Source of the DNA: a virus
Lineage: Duplodnaviria; Heunggongvirae; Uroviricota; Caudoviricetes
Reading direction: 5' to 3' (one strand)
IMG/VR virus record: IMGVR_UViG_3300028833_000081
Span: 71,731 to 135,730 of that record
Length of the DNA stretch: 64,000 nucleotides
The translations under genes and the position numbers were made by a program. This document shows, in pieces, positions 17,858 to 27,275 of this stretch (the first letter of the stretch is position 1; each line of letters starts with the position of its first letter). The notes below the pieces were generated by a model that was not told the DNA's origin, did no database searches, and was given only the letters and a program-made list of their open reading frames with translations.

Positions 17858-20446
17858 TTGAAATTTTCAAAAGGGCTATTTATGAATGATACAAATTTAG
17901 ATGCCTCGCTGAAGAAGGCGAATGACAAGATTGAACGCAACTTGTATGGGTTCAATCTGTCCGATTTTTCGGCGAACCTTGATTCCATTAATGAGCTCGC
18001 ACAGAAATCTTTGAAGACTATCAATAGCCTCAAGGTTACTGGAGACCAGCCCGATCTCATCGAGTTTATTGATCGTGAATTCTACAATAGCAAGGCTAAT
18101 AGACGAGGAAAGGGTTTTGGTCTTAACAATATCCAGAATGGTACTGTTAGAGCCAAAAACTATGACAATACCTTGTTGACCGACCTTGAGTCTGGTAAGA
18201 TTGACCTTGCCGGAGAAGACGCTAATTCTGTTAGCAGACAAGCCAGATATAGATCTATCGATAGCGTATGCTCCTTGATTCCTCAGCTCATGAGAATCTT
18301 GCACATCTATCGTGATTCTATCATGTCTCCTAATGCTTTCTCTGAACTCTCCGAGACTGATGGTTTGACCTTTGATGTTAAGCAGACTGGTGAAAAGGAA
18401 ACGGATAACTTCCAAGTTCTTGACACATTACTGTCTCTCAATAAGGAATACAAGGTCTCCGATGATGTTGCACCGAAAGCTTGTTCTGACCTATTGAAGT
18501 ATGGTGATGGCTATGTCTGTGTTCTGGACTACGAAAAAGAAATAGACCGTCTCCTTCATATGACTGATGATGCACCAGGAACTTTTGCTCATGAAGCATT
18601 CAAAGATAGGTCTGACCAAGGTCTTATTGCTGCTAGCGAAGCTACCTCACTTAACAATATCGTCAAGTCTTTGATTGATGAAGAGTATGATGTCTTTAAA
18701 TCTTTGAATCCGACTTCTAAAGAAAAGAAGCCTGAATTTAAGGATCTGACTCCTGAAGAATGGGCAAGTGAAATCGACAAGTACCTCAATGTTGAGTACA
18801 CTACTAGCCTGATGAGCCTGTTCCCTGAGGAAAAAGAAATCATTGACTATCTTATTGATAACGGCTCCATCAAGAATAGCAAGGATATCATGCTTGCTGC
18901 TAGAGAAGCCTTCAGTAATGAAGAAAACTCCGGTCTTGTGATTGACGGTTCTATCGTTAAGGTTCTCGATCCTAAGAAGGTGGTCATTGTTGAAGTGGCT
19001 GGAAAAGAACTCGGCTTCTATTTTTTGTCTGCTGAATTTGATGATGCTCGTATTGATGCCCTTGATTATAATCCTCAGGGATGTCCAGCTTGCGATCTGA
19101 CGTATACCAGTGACCGTATGTATTCCTTTATCACTCACATGGGTAATAGCCCGGTGAACAAGGAAACGAGAGCTAGCATTATTGCAGATCTTTGTCTTAA
19201 GAGACTATCCAAGAAGATTGACAAGAAGTTTATCGCAAAGAACAAGGAATTCAAGGACTTTATCTTCTCTATCCTTAGAGCTAGAAAGAGACTTAACAAG
19301 GTCACTGTGACCTTCATTCCTGCATCCAACATGGTTCACTTCAAGAGAGGTAATGGAACCTACGGTGAATCTGTTCTTGATAGCGTATTGTACTTTGCCA
19401 AACTCTATGTTCTTTCCATGCTCTCCGCTCTTATGCAGCAGATTATCATGGGTAAGGATAAGCAGATATTCTATGTTGATACAGGCCTTGATGAAGACTC
19501 CGAAGGAGCTATTCAGAAATTCATCATGGACTTCCGTTCTAAGGAAGTGACTGTAGACGACTTCTCCGATGTTACCAACATCATGAACCGTGTTACGAAG
19601 AGTAACTCCATGTTCATCCCTATGGTAGACGGAAAGAAGGCTGTAGAATTCGATAACTATGCTGGTCAGCAAGCTGAATTCAATAATGACTTCTTGCAGG
19701 ACTTATTGAAGTCTATCATTAGTGGTACTGGTATTCCTACTGCTTGGCTTGATAGCGGTATGAGTGACGTTGAGTTTGCCACTCAGCTTGTTCAACAGAA
19801 CGGTAACGTCCTTAGAACTGTGACCATGTATCAGCGTATTATGAACAATGGTATTACCAGATTGTTCCAGTTGCTGTATAAACATCAGAAGATCACTAAG
19901 GATCAGAATGTACCAGATTTCTTTATTCACTATCCTGAACCTGTAACCCTCGATAGTAAGGTTGCTGAAGAGTCTATATCCAAGGCTCAGTCTATCGCTG
20001 ATTTCATTATCAATACTCTCATTGGCGAAAATCCGAATGAAAGAGATACTCTTGCCAAGGAAGTTCTTAAGAGAGAACTCACCAAGAAGTACTCTGCAGG
20101 TATTGACTGGGAAGAAGCCGAAGAACTGCTTAAGGAAGCCAGAGAAGAGACTCAGGAAACTGCTCTCCGTGATGAAGCTCTCGATAAGAAGGCTGATGAA
20201 ACTCATGAAGAGGAAGCTGAAAAGCATCCTGAAGAAGCTAAGAAGCAGGAAGAAGAAAAGCTGGAAGAACAGGGTGGAAATCCTGAGAATCCGGAGGGAG
20301 AAAATCCCGAAGAAGAAGGCAACGAGCCTGAAGAGGGTGGCGAACCTGAAGAAGAGGGAAAGAATCCTAAGAAAAAAGAAAATGAAGAAGAGGAAGAAGA
20401 GTCTGAGGGTGGAAGTTCCCCTGAAGATGATTTCTTCAACTCCTAA
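17858..20446 (+). CDS. putative portal protein
   Basis: 862-aa ORF. Contains a GTGIPTAWLD segment like the portal GIP..LL stem motif. Extremely acidic Glu-rich C-terminal tail as in many portals. Terminator follows. Assignment by architecture only. Confidence 0.5.
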   Translation: MKFSKGLFMNDTNLDASLKKANDKIERNLYGFNLSDFSANLDSINELAQKSLKTINSLKVTGDQPDLIEFIDREFYNSKANRRGKGFGLNNIQNGTVRAKNYDNTLLTDLESGKIDLAGEDANSVSRQARYRSIDSVCSLIPQLMRILHIYRDSIMSPNAFSELSETDGLTFDVKQTGEKETDNFQVLDTLLSLNKEYKVSDDVAPKACSDLLKYGDGYVCVLDYEKEIDRLLHMTDDAPGTFAHEAFKDRSDQGLIAASEATSLNNIVKSLIDEEYDVFKSLNPTSKEKKPEFKDLTPEEWASEIDKYLNVEYTTSLMSLFPEEKEIIDYLIDNGSIKNSKDIMLAAREAFSNEENSGLVIDGSIVKVLDPKKVVIVEVAGKELGFYFLSAEFDDARIDALDYNPQGCPACDLTYTSDRMYSFITHMGNSPVNKETRASIIADLCLKRLSKKIDKKFIAKNKEFKDFIFSILRARKRLNKVTVTFIPASNMVHFKRGNGTYGESVLDSVLYFAKLYVLSMLSALMQQIIMGKDKQIFYVDTGLDEDSEGAIQKFIMDFRSKEVTVDDFSDVTNIMNRVTKSNSMFIPMVDGKKAVEFDNYAGQQAEFNNDFLQDLLKSIISGTGIPTAWLDSGMSDVEFATQLVQQNGNVLRTVTMYQRIMNNGITRLFQLLYKHQKITKDQNVPDFFIHYPEPVTLDSKVAEESISKAQSIADFIINTLIGENPNERDTLAKEVLKRELTKKYSAGIDWEEAEELLKEAREETQETALRDEALDKKADETHEEEAEKHPEEAKKQEEEKLEEQGGNPENPEGENPEEEGNEPEEGGEPEEEGKNPKKKENEEEEEESEGGSSPEDDFFNS

Positions 20447-20451
20447 AACCA

Positions 20452-20485
20452 AATATGGAAAGCTTCGGCTTTCCATATTTTTTCT
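20452..20485 (+). terminator. rho-independent terminator after the portal gene
   Basis: Hairpin aaatatggaaagc ttcg gctttccatattt, then TTTTT. Confidence 0.65.
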
Positions 20486-21048
20486 ATGATCCGAAAAAAG
20501 GAACGAGGAGGTAGCTAATCTCCTCGTTCCAACAACCTCGCGGTTGTAACCGTCTCACAGACTGTTTTTGGTGGGTGTCACTCGCTGTCTTCGCTTCACA
20601 AGCAACTTAATGCTCGTGCTATCGGATCCTCCAGCCGTAGCTTGTCGGGGTATCACTGTATCCGAAGATCTAGCTCGATCTCTGACGTCAGAGCTGATTG
20701 ACCACTTTTTAGAGGCGACCCATATCCCAGAGTCACGTCTACCTCACCGTGAGACAACTGATGTACTCTTCTTTCAGGAGACGTTATACCTTACTTTGAA
20801 GAGAGATTCGGGTCATGGCGTGTCAATGCTCACCGAATCCTGTTGAGAGCTAACCACCACAGATAGCTTTTTCTGTGAAGGCTTCTTGCTTCATTTTACG
20901 GCGACAATCCCAACAGCGAAAGTCGCACAACCTAATGGCGTACTCTTGGTATCCATCAGGCAACCTAGGCAGATATTGATCACTATATCGCTAGATCTAG
21001 ACATTGATTTATATACTATTGTCTTTTTAGTTATTACGAAACTCAATA
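20485..21048. other. GC-rich non-coding island rich in hairpins and palindromes (candidate structured RNA, origin or packaging site)
   Basis: About 560 nt with visibly higher GC than its flanks. Track ORFs here lack RBS and have odd composition. Hairpins ggaacgaggagg...cctcctcgttcc and ctcaccgtgag. Perfect palindrome tctgacgtcaga. Repeated agatctag boxes. Confidence 0.4.
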
Positions 21049-21066
21049 ATGAACATGAGAGGATTT

Positions 21067-21522
21067 ATGAAAGCTACGGATATTATGGTCTTAGAAGACA
21101 GACTAAGTTCGTTAGTTTCTATGCTCCCGGCTGATGAAGTTGCTAGCGCTAATGGTGTAATCGATAGGCTACTGTACATGGATTATGGAAAGATGGCTAA
21201 GCACTTCAAAAGTAGAATGGAAGTAGCTAACGATAAGAAAGCCTTGAATAATCTTAAGGAAGACATTCAAGACATTATTAGCAATATGAAAGATATTGTT
21301 GATGGTAAGAGTAACAAGTCTACCGCTATCAGAAATGTCATTACGGCATTAGTAAGCGCAGGGCTGTTTGCCATACCGTTTGTTGGAATTGCCTCCATGA
21401 CAGCATTCCTGGTAAAGCGTTCTAAGGATATGGATGCAATCAAAAAGAAATTGTCTGCTCAGATTCCAACATTACAGCAGATTCTTACGAGTGTTAAACA
21501 TAAACTTGAGGTGATCAAATGA
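21067..21522 (+). CDS. hypothetical protein with C-terminal transmembrane segment
   Basis: Start moved to MKATDIM, with gagagga 5 nt upstream. C-terminal hydrophobic stretch AGLFAIPFVGIASMTAFLV. Confidence 0.5.
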   Translation: MKATDIMVLEDRLSSLVSMLPADEVASANGVIDRLLYMDYGKMAKHFKSRMEVANDKKALNNLKEDIQDIISNMKDIVDGKSNKSTAIRNVITALVSAGLFAIPFVGIASMTAFLVKRSKDMDAIKKKLSAQIPTLQQILTSVKHKLEVIK

Positions 21523-22064
21523 TCCAAGATTACTATGCCAACAAAGATTTTTATAGCGGAATCTTCGCCTCCGACAACCGAGAAATCAATACGGAAACTG
21601 TCAATGACAAATCTGATGATCCGGAAGATGTCGTGAAGGAGAAGGAAGGCACTACTAAGAAAGCAGTGCCGAAGCTTGACGTTCGCTACAGAATCGAAAA
21701 CTATGAAAAGATGATTGCGTCTGCAAATTCTGAAAGCACCTTGAAGAAGGTCATCTATAGTCTTGAGAAAGACATCAAGAGCCTTCAAAAGACCTCTGAC
21801 GAGCTTGGTGAAGATGCATCTAACGATTCTAATAACAACTGGAAGAAGAACGAGGAAGAACAAGCCAAGAGCTTCTGGCCTAAGACCACTGAGAAGACTA
21901 AGATCAAGAATCTTATGCCGGACTCTGTCAAGGGTGGTCATACGGTTGAAAAGGAAGATTCCGAGAATAAAGACGAGAAGTCTTTCAAGACGTTTGATTA
22001 TCTTCCCGAATACCAAGCCTTGCTCGCAAAGGCCAAAGAGAAGCTCAAAAAGTTCATTTCCTAA
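21519..22064 (+). CDS. hypothetical charged protein (181 aa)
   Basis: ATGA overlap with the previous gene. Lys/Glu-rich. Confidence 0.5.
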   Translation: MIQDYYANKDFYSGIFASDNREINTETVNDKSDDPEDVVKEKEGTTKKAVPKLDVRYRIENYEKMIASANSESTLKKVIYSLEKDIKSLQKTSDELGEDASNDSNNNWKKNEEEQAKSFWPKTTEKTKIKNLMPDSVKGGHTVEKEDSENKDEKSFKTFDYLPEYQALLAKAKEKLKKFIS

Positions 22065-22070
22065 ATCAAC

Positions 22071-22099
22071 ATTCTGTACCTTCGGGTACAGAATTTTTT
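22071..22099 (+). terminator. rho-independent terminator
   Basis: Hairpin attctgtacc ttcg ggtacagaat, then TTTTT. Confidence 0.6.
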
Positions 22100-22302
22100 A
22101 TAAACTTTGTATTGTGGAGAGTTTCACACATGAATCTTCTAATATTAAAGTCGTTGTTACGCTAATACGAAGACTCAGTTGAATTTTCAGATGAGTTATA
22201 GTATTAGCCATTACTATCCCATCTGATCCCACAATCATTCGAACTTTACTTTGGAAACAGACAGTAACTGTCGCATAGTAAAATTTAAAATGGAGACCCA
22301 CG

Positions 22303-24588
22303 ATGATCACAGAGATCGAAAAAAGAGATGGAAGAGTCGTACCGTTCAGCGAACAGAAAGTGTTCAATGCGGTATATAAGTCATTTGCTGAAGTAGCTGC
22401 AAAGAAAGGTACTGAAGTAGATGAAAACAATGTCAAGTCTGTTGTAGATGAAGTCGTTAGCGACATTCAGGATCTTCAGGCTGACCGTCTGCAGATTGAT
22501 GAGATGCAATCTATCGTCATCTGCGCTATTAAGGATAAGGGATTTACCGAAGAGTTTGAGGCTTATCGTAACTTCCGTAACCGTCGTAATCGTGCTAGAA
22601 ATCGTAAGATGCCGTTGTACTCTAAGCTCGCCGATATTACTTTCAGCGATCTTGAAGATTCTAACATCAAGCGTGAAAATGGTAACATCGATGGAAATTC
22701 CGCTATGGGTAAGATGCTTCGCTATGGTTCTGAAGCCGCCAAGGAATTCTTCCTCGATCGTGTTATCAATGAGAAATTTTCTAATGCTCACCGTGAAGGC
22801 TTCTGCCATATTCACGACATGGATTTTTATGGTATTACTACCACTTGCACCCAGATCGACTTGGTGCAGATGCTAGAAACTGGTTTTAATACTGGTCATG
22901 GATTTGTCCGTCCTCCGCATTCTATTCGTTCTGCTGCTGCCCAAGCCGCTATTCTTATTCAGTCTAACCAGAACGACCAGCATGGTGGCCAGTCTATCCC
23001 CAACTTCGACTTGGCTCTTGCTAAGTATGTAAGATTGTCTTTCAACAAGATGCTCCGTCATGAACTCGAAGATGCATTGTTCCTTGCCGATATGCGAGAA
23101 GATCTTGCTAAGGCTATGATCAAGGATCTTTTCGGTGACAATGAACTTAAGTATACTATGGAAGATGAGGAAATCTTCGCCAAGGATGCTAAGGGTGTTG
23201 GTCTTGAAGAAGCCGAAGGACACAAGCTTTGGAAGCTGTCCATGAAGCGTACTGAAGGGAAAACCTATCAGGCTATGGAAGCTTTGTTGTTCAACCTTAA
23301 TACCATGCATAGTCGTGCAGGTGCTCAGGTTCCGTTCTCTTCTATCAACTATGGTACCGAGACTTCTAAGGAGGCTCGTATGGTGATCAAGTGTATGCTT
23401 GAAGCCACTGATGCAGGTCTCGGTCATGGTGAAACTCCGATTTTCCCGATTCAGATCTTCCGTGTGATGGAAGGCGTGAATTACAATCCGGGCGATCCCA
23501 ACTATGATCTCTTCAAGCTTGCTATGAAGGTATCTGCGCACAGATTCTTCCCGAACTGGGAATTCCAGGATTCTCCGTTCAATATGCAGTACTATGTGCC
23601 GGGTAAGCCTGAAACAATGATTTCTACCATGGGTTGTCGTACTCGTGTTGTGGCTGACGTTAATGCCGATGTTCCGCAGGTATGGCGTAGAGGCAATCTC
23701 TCGTTCACCACTATCAACCTGCCGAGACTTGCAATCATCAACCGTGGTAACTGGGCTGGATTCTATGCAGACCTTGACAAGTACATGGAACTTTGCAGGG
23801 ATCAGTTGCTTGAACGTTATGCTCTTCAGTGCAAGCAGAAAGTTAAGAACTTCAAGTTCCTTATGGGTCAGCATGTATGGCTCGGTTCTGAAAACCTGAA
23901 GCCCAATGATACTCTTGAATCCGTATTGAAGCACGGTTCGCTCTCTATCGGTTTCATTGGCCTTGCTGAAGCATTGATTCTTATGACTGGCCACCATCAT
24001 GGCGAGTCTGAAGAATCCCAGAAAGAAGGTCTTGCAATCGTCAAGCATATGAGAGATTACTGTGACAGGATGACTGAAAAGTACAACCTCAACTTTACTC
24101 TTCTCGCAACTCCAGCTGAAGGACTTTCTGGTCGTTTCACTAAGATTGACAGAGCAAAGTTCGGTGACATTCCGGGAATTACCGATAAGGGATTCTACAC
24201 TAACTCCTGTCACATTCCTGTGGACTATAAGTGCTCTGCTTTCCACAAGATCAAGGTTGAAGCTCCATATCATGCATTGTGCAATGCTGGTCATATCCTC
24301 TATGTCAAGATGGATGGCGATGCTACCCAGAATCTTGAAGCATACGAGAAGATTGTCCGTTGTATGCATGACAACAATGTTGGCTATGGCGCTATTAATA
24401 TTGATGTGGATTACTGCCCTAACTGCCATAAGTCTGGTATCTTCAATGAAGACAAGTGTCCGTTCTGTGGTTATGATCATATCGACCGTATCAGACGTAT
24501 TACTGGGTATCTTGTTGGCACATTGGATAACTGGAACAATGGCAAGCTGGCAGAATACAGAAAGAGACTTATCGGTAAGAATGTCTAA
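22303..24588 (+). CDS. nrdD: anaerobic ribonucleoside-triphosphate reductase (class III RNR, NrdD)
   Basis: 761 aa. N-terminal ATP-cone-like MITEIEKRDGRVVPFSEQKV. C-terminal zinc ribbon CPNCHKSG...CPFCG. Glycyl-radical motif RRITGYLVG. Confidence 0.9.
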   Translation: MITEIEKRDGRVVPFSEQKVFNAVYKSFAEVAAKKGTEVDENNVKSVVDEVVSDIQDLQADRLQIDEMQSIVICAIKDKGFTEEFEAYRNFRNRRNRARNRKMPLYSKLADITFSDLEDSNIKRENGNIDGNSAMGKMLRYGSEAAKEFFLDRVINEKFSNAHREGFCHIHDMDFYGITTTCTQIDLVQMLETGFNTGHGFVRPPHSIRSAAAQAAILIQSNQNDQHGGQSIPNFDLALAKYVRLSFNKMLRHELEDALFLADMREDLAKAMIKDLFGDNELKYTMEDEEIFAKDAKGVGLEEAEGHKLWKLSMKRTEGKTYQAMEALLFNLNTMHSRAGAQVPFSSINYGTETSKEARMVIKCMLEATDAGLGHGETPIFPIQIFRVMEGVNYNPGDPNYDLFKLAMKVSAHRFFPNWEFQDSPFNMQYYVPGKPETMISTMGCRTRVVADVNADVPQVWRRGNLSFTTINLPRLAIINRGNWAGFYADLDKYMELCRDQLLERYALQCKQKVKNFKFLMGQHVWLGSENLKPNDTLESVLKHGSLSIGFIGLAEALILMTGHHHGESEESQKEGLAIVKHMRDYCDRMTEKYNLNFTLLATPAEGLSGRFTKIDRAKFGDIPGITDKGFYTNSCHIPVDYKCSAFHKIKVEAPYHALCNAGHILYVKMDGDATQNLEAYEKIVRCMHDNNVGYGAINIDVDYCPNCHKSGIFNEDKCPFCGYDHIDRIRRITGYLVGTLDNWNNGKLAEYRKRLIGKNV

Positions 24589-24631
24589 ATAAAAAAAATG
24601 AACGCTGACGAAGCGTTCATTTTTTTTTTAT
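24589..24631. terminator. bidirectional terminator
   Basis: A8 run, hairpin aatgaacgct/agcgttcatt, then T10 run. Confidence 0.65.
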
Positions 24632-24819
24632 CCATTATTTCTTATAGGTGCTCTAGACGCAGTACATGCTTTTCTGGCACAATCCTGGCACAGCCATTGT
24701 CTGATTACCATAGCTTTAGGGAACTGGAGAGTGAGAAAGCACTTATTACTCTTCGTTAAGGGTGTAAGACAATGATCGCAAATGGGCTTTACAGATTTCT
24801 TCATTAGAACTTTCTCCCT

Positions 24820-25587
24820 TTAGCTTCTGTTTCTCTTATTTGGCGTAACAGGATTGCCCATTGAGCATACTTCCTTATGGCAAAGAGGACATTTTGACAC
24901 CTCGATAGTAACACTAATAGCCTTATCTTCGCTGTCGCAATCGAGTCCTTCTGATTCATAATACGCGTTCGAATCACTCTGATAATGAGCACTTGAAGTT
25001 ATCGTAAGTTTGTTTCCATTGAGTTCAAAGACACCATCAAGCGACAACCCACAGCGTTGACCGCAGCATTCATGGCCTTCTTTTTCAGCGAAGGTAACTG
25101 CTTGATGAAGATCGCATAATCTACACTTGTCTATTCCAGTCAGAATTTCCTTTACGCTGGTGACTTTAATTTTCTGCTTTCCAAAGTCGCATCCGCAAAG
25201 CTCACTGCAGATCTCATTCAGACGTTTCTTTATGTACTCATAGCGTTTAATTCGTACGCCTTCCTGATAGATCCAATGATCATAGTAATTAGGTTTACCT
25301 TCTAGGTTGGTAAAACTTTTAAGAGCGTACAAGGCAGCCAAAGCTCTCTTTTTGTCAGACATGAATTGTTCAAAGTAGCGTAAGTCCCAATTTTGATATG
25401 TATCATCTTTTCGAATCTCAGCTTCAGAATTACAGAAACCATCAAAGATCAGTATATGGTCGAGATAATCCTGAGCCTTATCACCAAAGGCCTTCAGCCA
25501 GCGCTTAATATTCTTTTCCATCGTTTCTTCTGATGGATACTTTCCAGTCAATTCGAATTCTTTAATTTGTTTTTCCGTAAGTTTCAT
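24820..25587 (-). CDS. Cys-rich hypothetical protein (255 aa), probable metal-binding
   Basis: C-terminal half has CGC, CRLC, ECCGQRC, CPLCHKEVC clusters. No radical-SAM CxxxCxxC motif. Confidence 0.5.
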   Translation of the reverse strand: MKLTEKQIKEFELTGKYPSEETMEKNIKRWLKAFGDKAQDYLDHILIFDGFCNSEAEIRKDDTYQNWDLRYFEQFMSDKKRALAALYALKSFTNLEGKPNYYDHWIYQEGVRIKRYEYIKKRLNEICSELCGCDFGKQKIKVTSVKEILTGIDKCRLCDLHQAVTFAEKEGHECCGQRCGLSLDGVFELNGNKLTITSSAHYQSDSNAYYESEGLDCDSEDKAISVTIEVSKCPLCHKEVCSMGNPVTPNKRNRS

Positions 25588-25652
25588 AGTCTTTCCTATG
25601 GTTAAAAATAAAAGATGGTATCCGGAGATACCATCTTTTAATGTGATTTTGT

Positions 25653-26159
25653 CTAGAATCTTTTGCCAACAGAGTGAGCGAAATCCTTGAAGAACTTTGC
25701 GTTAGCATCCTTATGCTGATCAATCACAGCAAAGTCACGGAGCTGGTTGTACAGCTTCTTGGGCTGACGGAGCATCCACTTCTTAAGGTTGCGAATAGTG
25801 TCTTCAGTCTTACCAACACGCTTGATGTTAAACTTGGCGTAATTCTGTTCCGGCTGTTCTTCAGTCTTCCTAGTCCAGACTTCGACATAGTAATAGTCGA
25901 ACTTTTTCTTAGTATCCGGATCTTCTTCGGTATTATGTACAAAAGCGAAATCAACAGTACTACGAAGGAAAGGATGAGTAGATTCAACCTTCATAGCTTC
26001 TTCAACTGCCTTCATGTCAACCATAGGCAGGGTCTTCTTCTTGAAGGGCTTCTTTTCGCCATTAGCCTTAGGCGGGAGTGCGGTCTTCTTGAAAGAATAT
26101 TTCTTAGCCTTACTGACTTCTTTGATGATCGGTTCCTGAGTCTTGACTTCTTCGGTCAT
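25653..26159 (-). CDS. hypothetical basic protein (168 aa)
   Basis: ORF with ggagat RBS. Lys-rich N-terminus. Confidence 0.5.
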   Translation of the reverse strand: MTEEVKTQEPIIKEVSKAKKYSFKKTALPPKANGEKKPFKKKTLPMVDMKAVEEAMKVESTHPFLRSTVDFAFVHNTEEDPDTKKKFDYYYVEVWTRKTEEQPEQNYAKFNIKRVGKTEDTIRNLKKWMLRQPKKLYNQLRDFAVIDQHKDANAKFFKDFAHSVGKRF

Positions 26160-26228
26160 GTTTATCTCCTAATTGGGTTAGAAAGTCTCTAATTTATATA
26201 TAGTTCTGTTTCAAATAACTATATATAA

Positions 26229-26258
26229 ATTTCTATGATCCGTTGAACAATATATCTA
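26229..26258 (+). promoter_or_regulatory. promoter-like box (ttctatgatcc ... aatatatct)
   Basis: Shares the TTCTATGATCC element and AT-rich -10/-7-like box seen in other intergenic regions. Confidence 0.4.
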
Positions 26259-26268
26259 AGGAGAGAAA

Positions 26269-26793
26269 ATGTCATACCCCTGTTTTCCGCAAAACATTAC
26301 AAAGATCTTTAGACACCCTACTCACAAGAAGGTTCACAGGCCTGTGAAGTTGTTTATCATTCGTGGAATCCCCGGTAGCGGAAAGTCTACCTTCGCCAAG
26401 AAGCTTTCTAACACCAATGGTCACATGAGGATTGTCGAAAATGACGATTTCTTTACCGATCATTCCGGTAAGTATCGTTATGACAAGGAAATCTATGACT
26501 ACGCTAAGCAGTATACTATGTCTGCTATTGTTCATGAGCTGATGATTGAAAAGAAGGCTTGCATTGTCACTGGTGTATTCTATCATGCTGATGAAGCCAG
26601 CGATCTCTTGAATATTATTAACTTCTGTAAGACTCACAATATCCCTTTCGAAGTACATAGGATGACTGGAAACTTCCAGAATATTCACAACGTTCCGGAG
26701 GAAGTCCTTGAGGAAATGAAAGAGAATTTTGAACCTTATGATGGCGAGATTATGAACACGAGTCATATCTCTAGAATAGAAGGAAAGTATTAA
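26269..26793 (+). CDS. P-loop kinase (polynucleotide-kinase or AAA_33-like)
   Basis: Walker A GIPGSGKST directly after the N-terminus, as in T4 Pnk kinase domain. Size 174 aa. Confidence 0.6.
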   Translation: MSYPCFPQNITKIFRHPTHKKVHRPVKLFIIRGIPGSGKSTFAKKLSNTNGHMRIVENDDFFTDHSGKYRYDKEIYDYAKQYTMSAIVHELMIEKKACIVTGVFYHADEASDLLNIINFCKTHNIPFEVHRMTGNFQNIHNVPEEVLEEMKENFEPYDGEIMNTSHISRIEGKY

Positions 26794-27275
26794 TGCCACT
26801 TGGTTATATACCTCTCTTGAAGGCTCTTTCGAGGAACTTTGGACTAGGAGACTATTTTCATCTAGAAAATTTATTTAGAGAATTTACATTCTACGATTCT
26901 AGAATACTAATGTATTGCCAGAGTGATTCCGCAAGGAAGGGTTATGTTAGCCTTTATCTTAGGACATTCTCTCTTCATAGAGTCGAAAGAGACGGTCGGC
27001 TTTCAACTGTCAATACTCCAGTAGACATCAAATATAATGACGACGATATTTTTACGCTCAACTTCGCATGTGCCAATAGACTTCCCGGTAAATATAATAT
27101 GTTCTTGCCAATCATTATTGGGAATCTTGAGAAGATGACCGTAGCCAAAAATCTTAAAGATGATATTGCGGAATTCCACAAATATGTCTATGAAGATACT
27201 GACGAATCGCTTTATGAGATTACGGAGGAACCAGTCATCGCCGTAGAAAATGTAACAGAAGGGTTACCAATATGA
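26793..27275 (+). CDS. hypothetical protein (160 aa)
   Basis: Start overlaps the previous stop (TAATG). Confidence 0.45.
   Translation: MPLGYIPLLKALSRNFGLGDYFHLENLFREFTFYDSRILMYCQSDSARKGYVSLYLRTFSLHRVERDGRLSTVNTPVDIKYNDDDIFTLNFACANRLPGKYNMFLPIIIGNLEKMTVAKNLKDDIAEFHKYVYEDTDESLYEITEEPVIAVENVTEGLPI

Noticed and set aside
20568-21134. ORF-track entries 20568-20846 and 20886-21134 as protein-coding genes
   Set aside because: They have no RBS and an atypical amino-acid composition. They lie in the GC-rich hairpin and palindrome island, so they are more likely non-coding.
22873-24480. 535-aa minus-strand ORF opposite nrdD
   Set aside because: Antisense shadow of the unambiguous NrdD coding frame.
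24820-25587. Cys-rich protein as the NrdG activase
   Set aside because: It lacks the N-terminal CxxxCxxC radical-SAM motif and Gly-rich SAM-binding region. Its Cys clusters are C-terminal and differently spaced.
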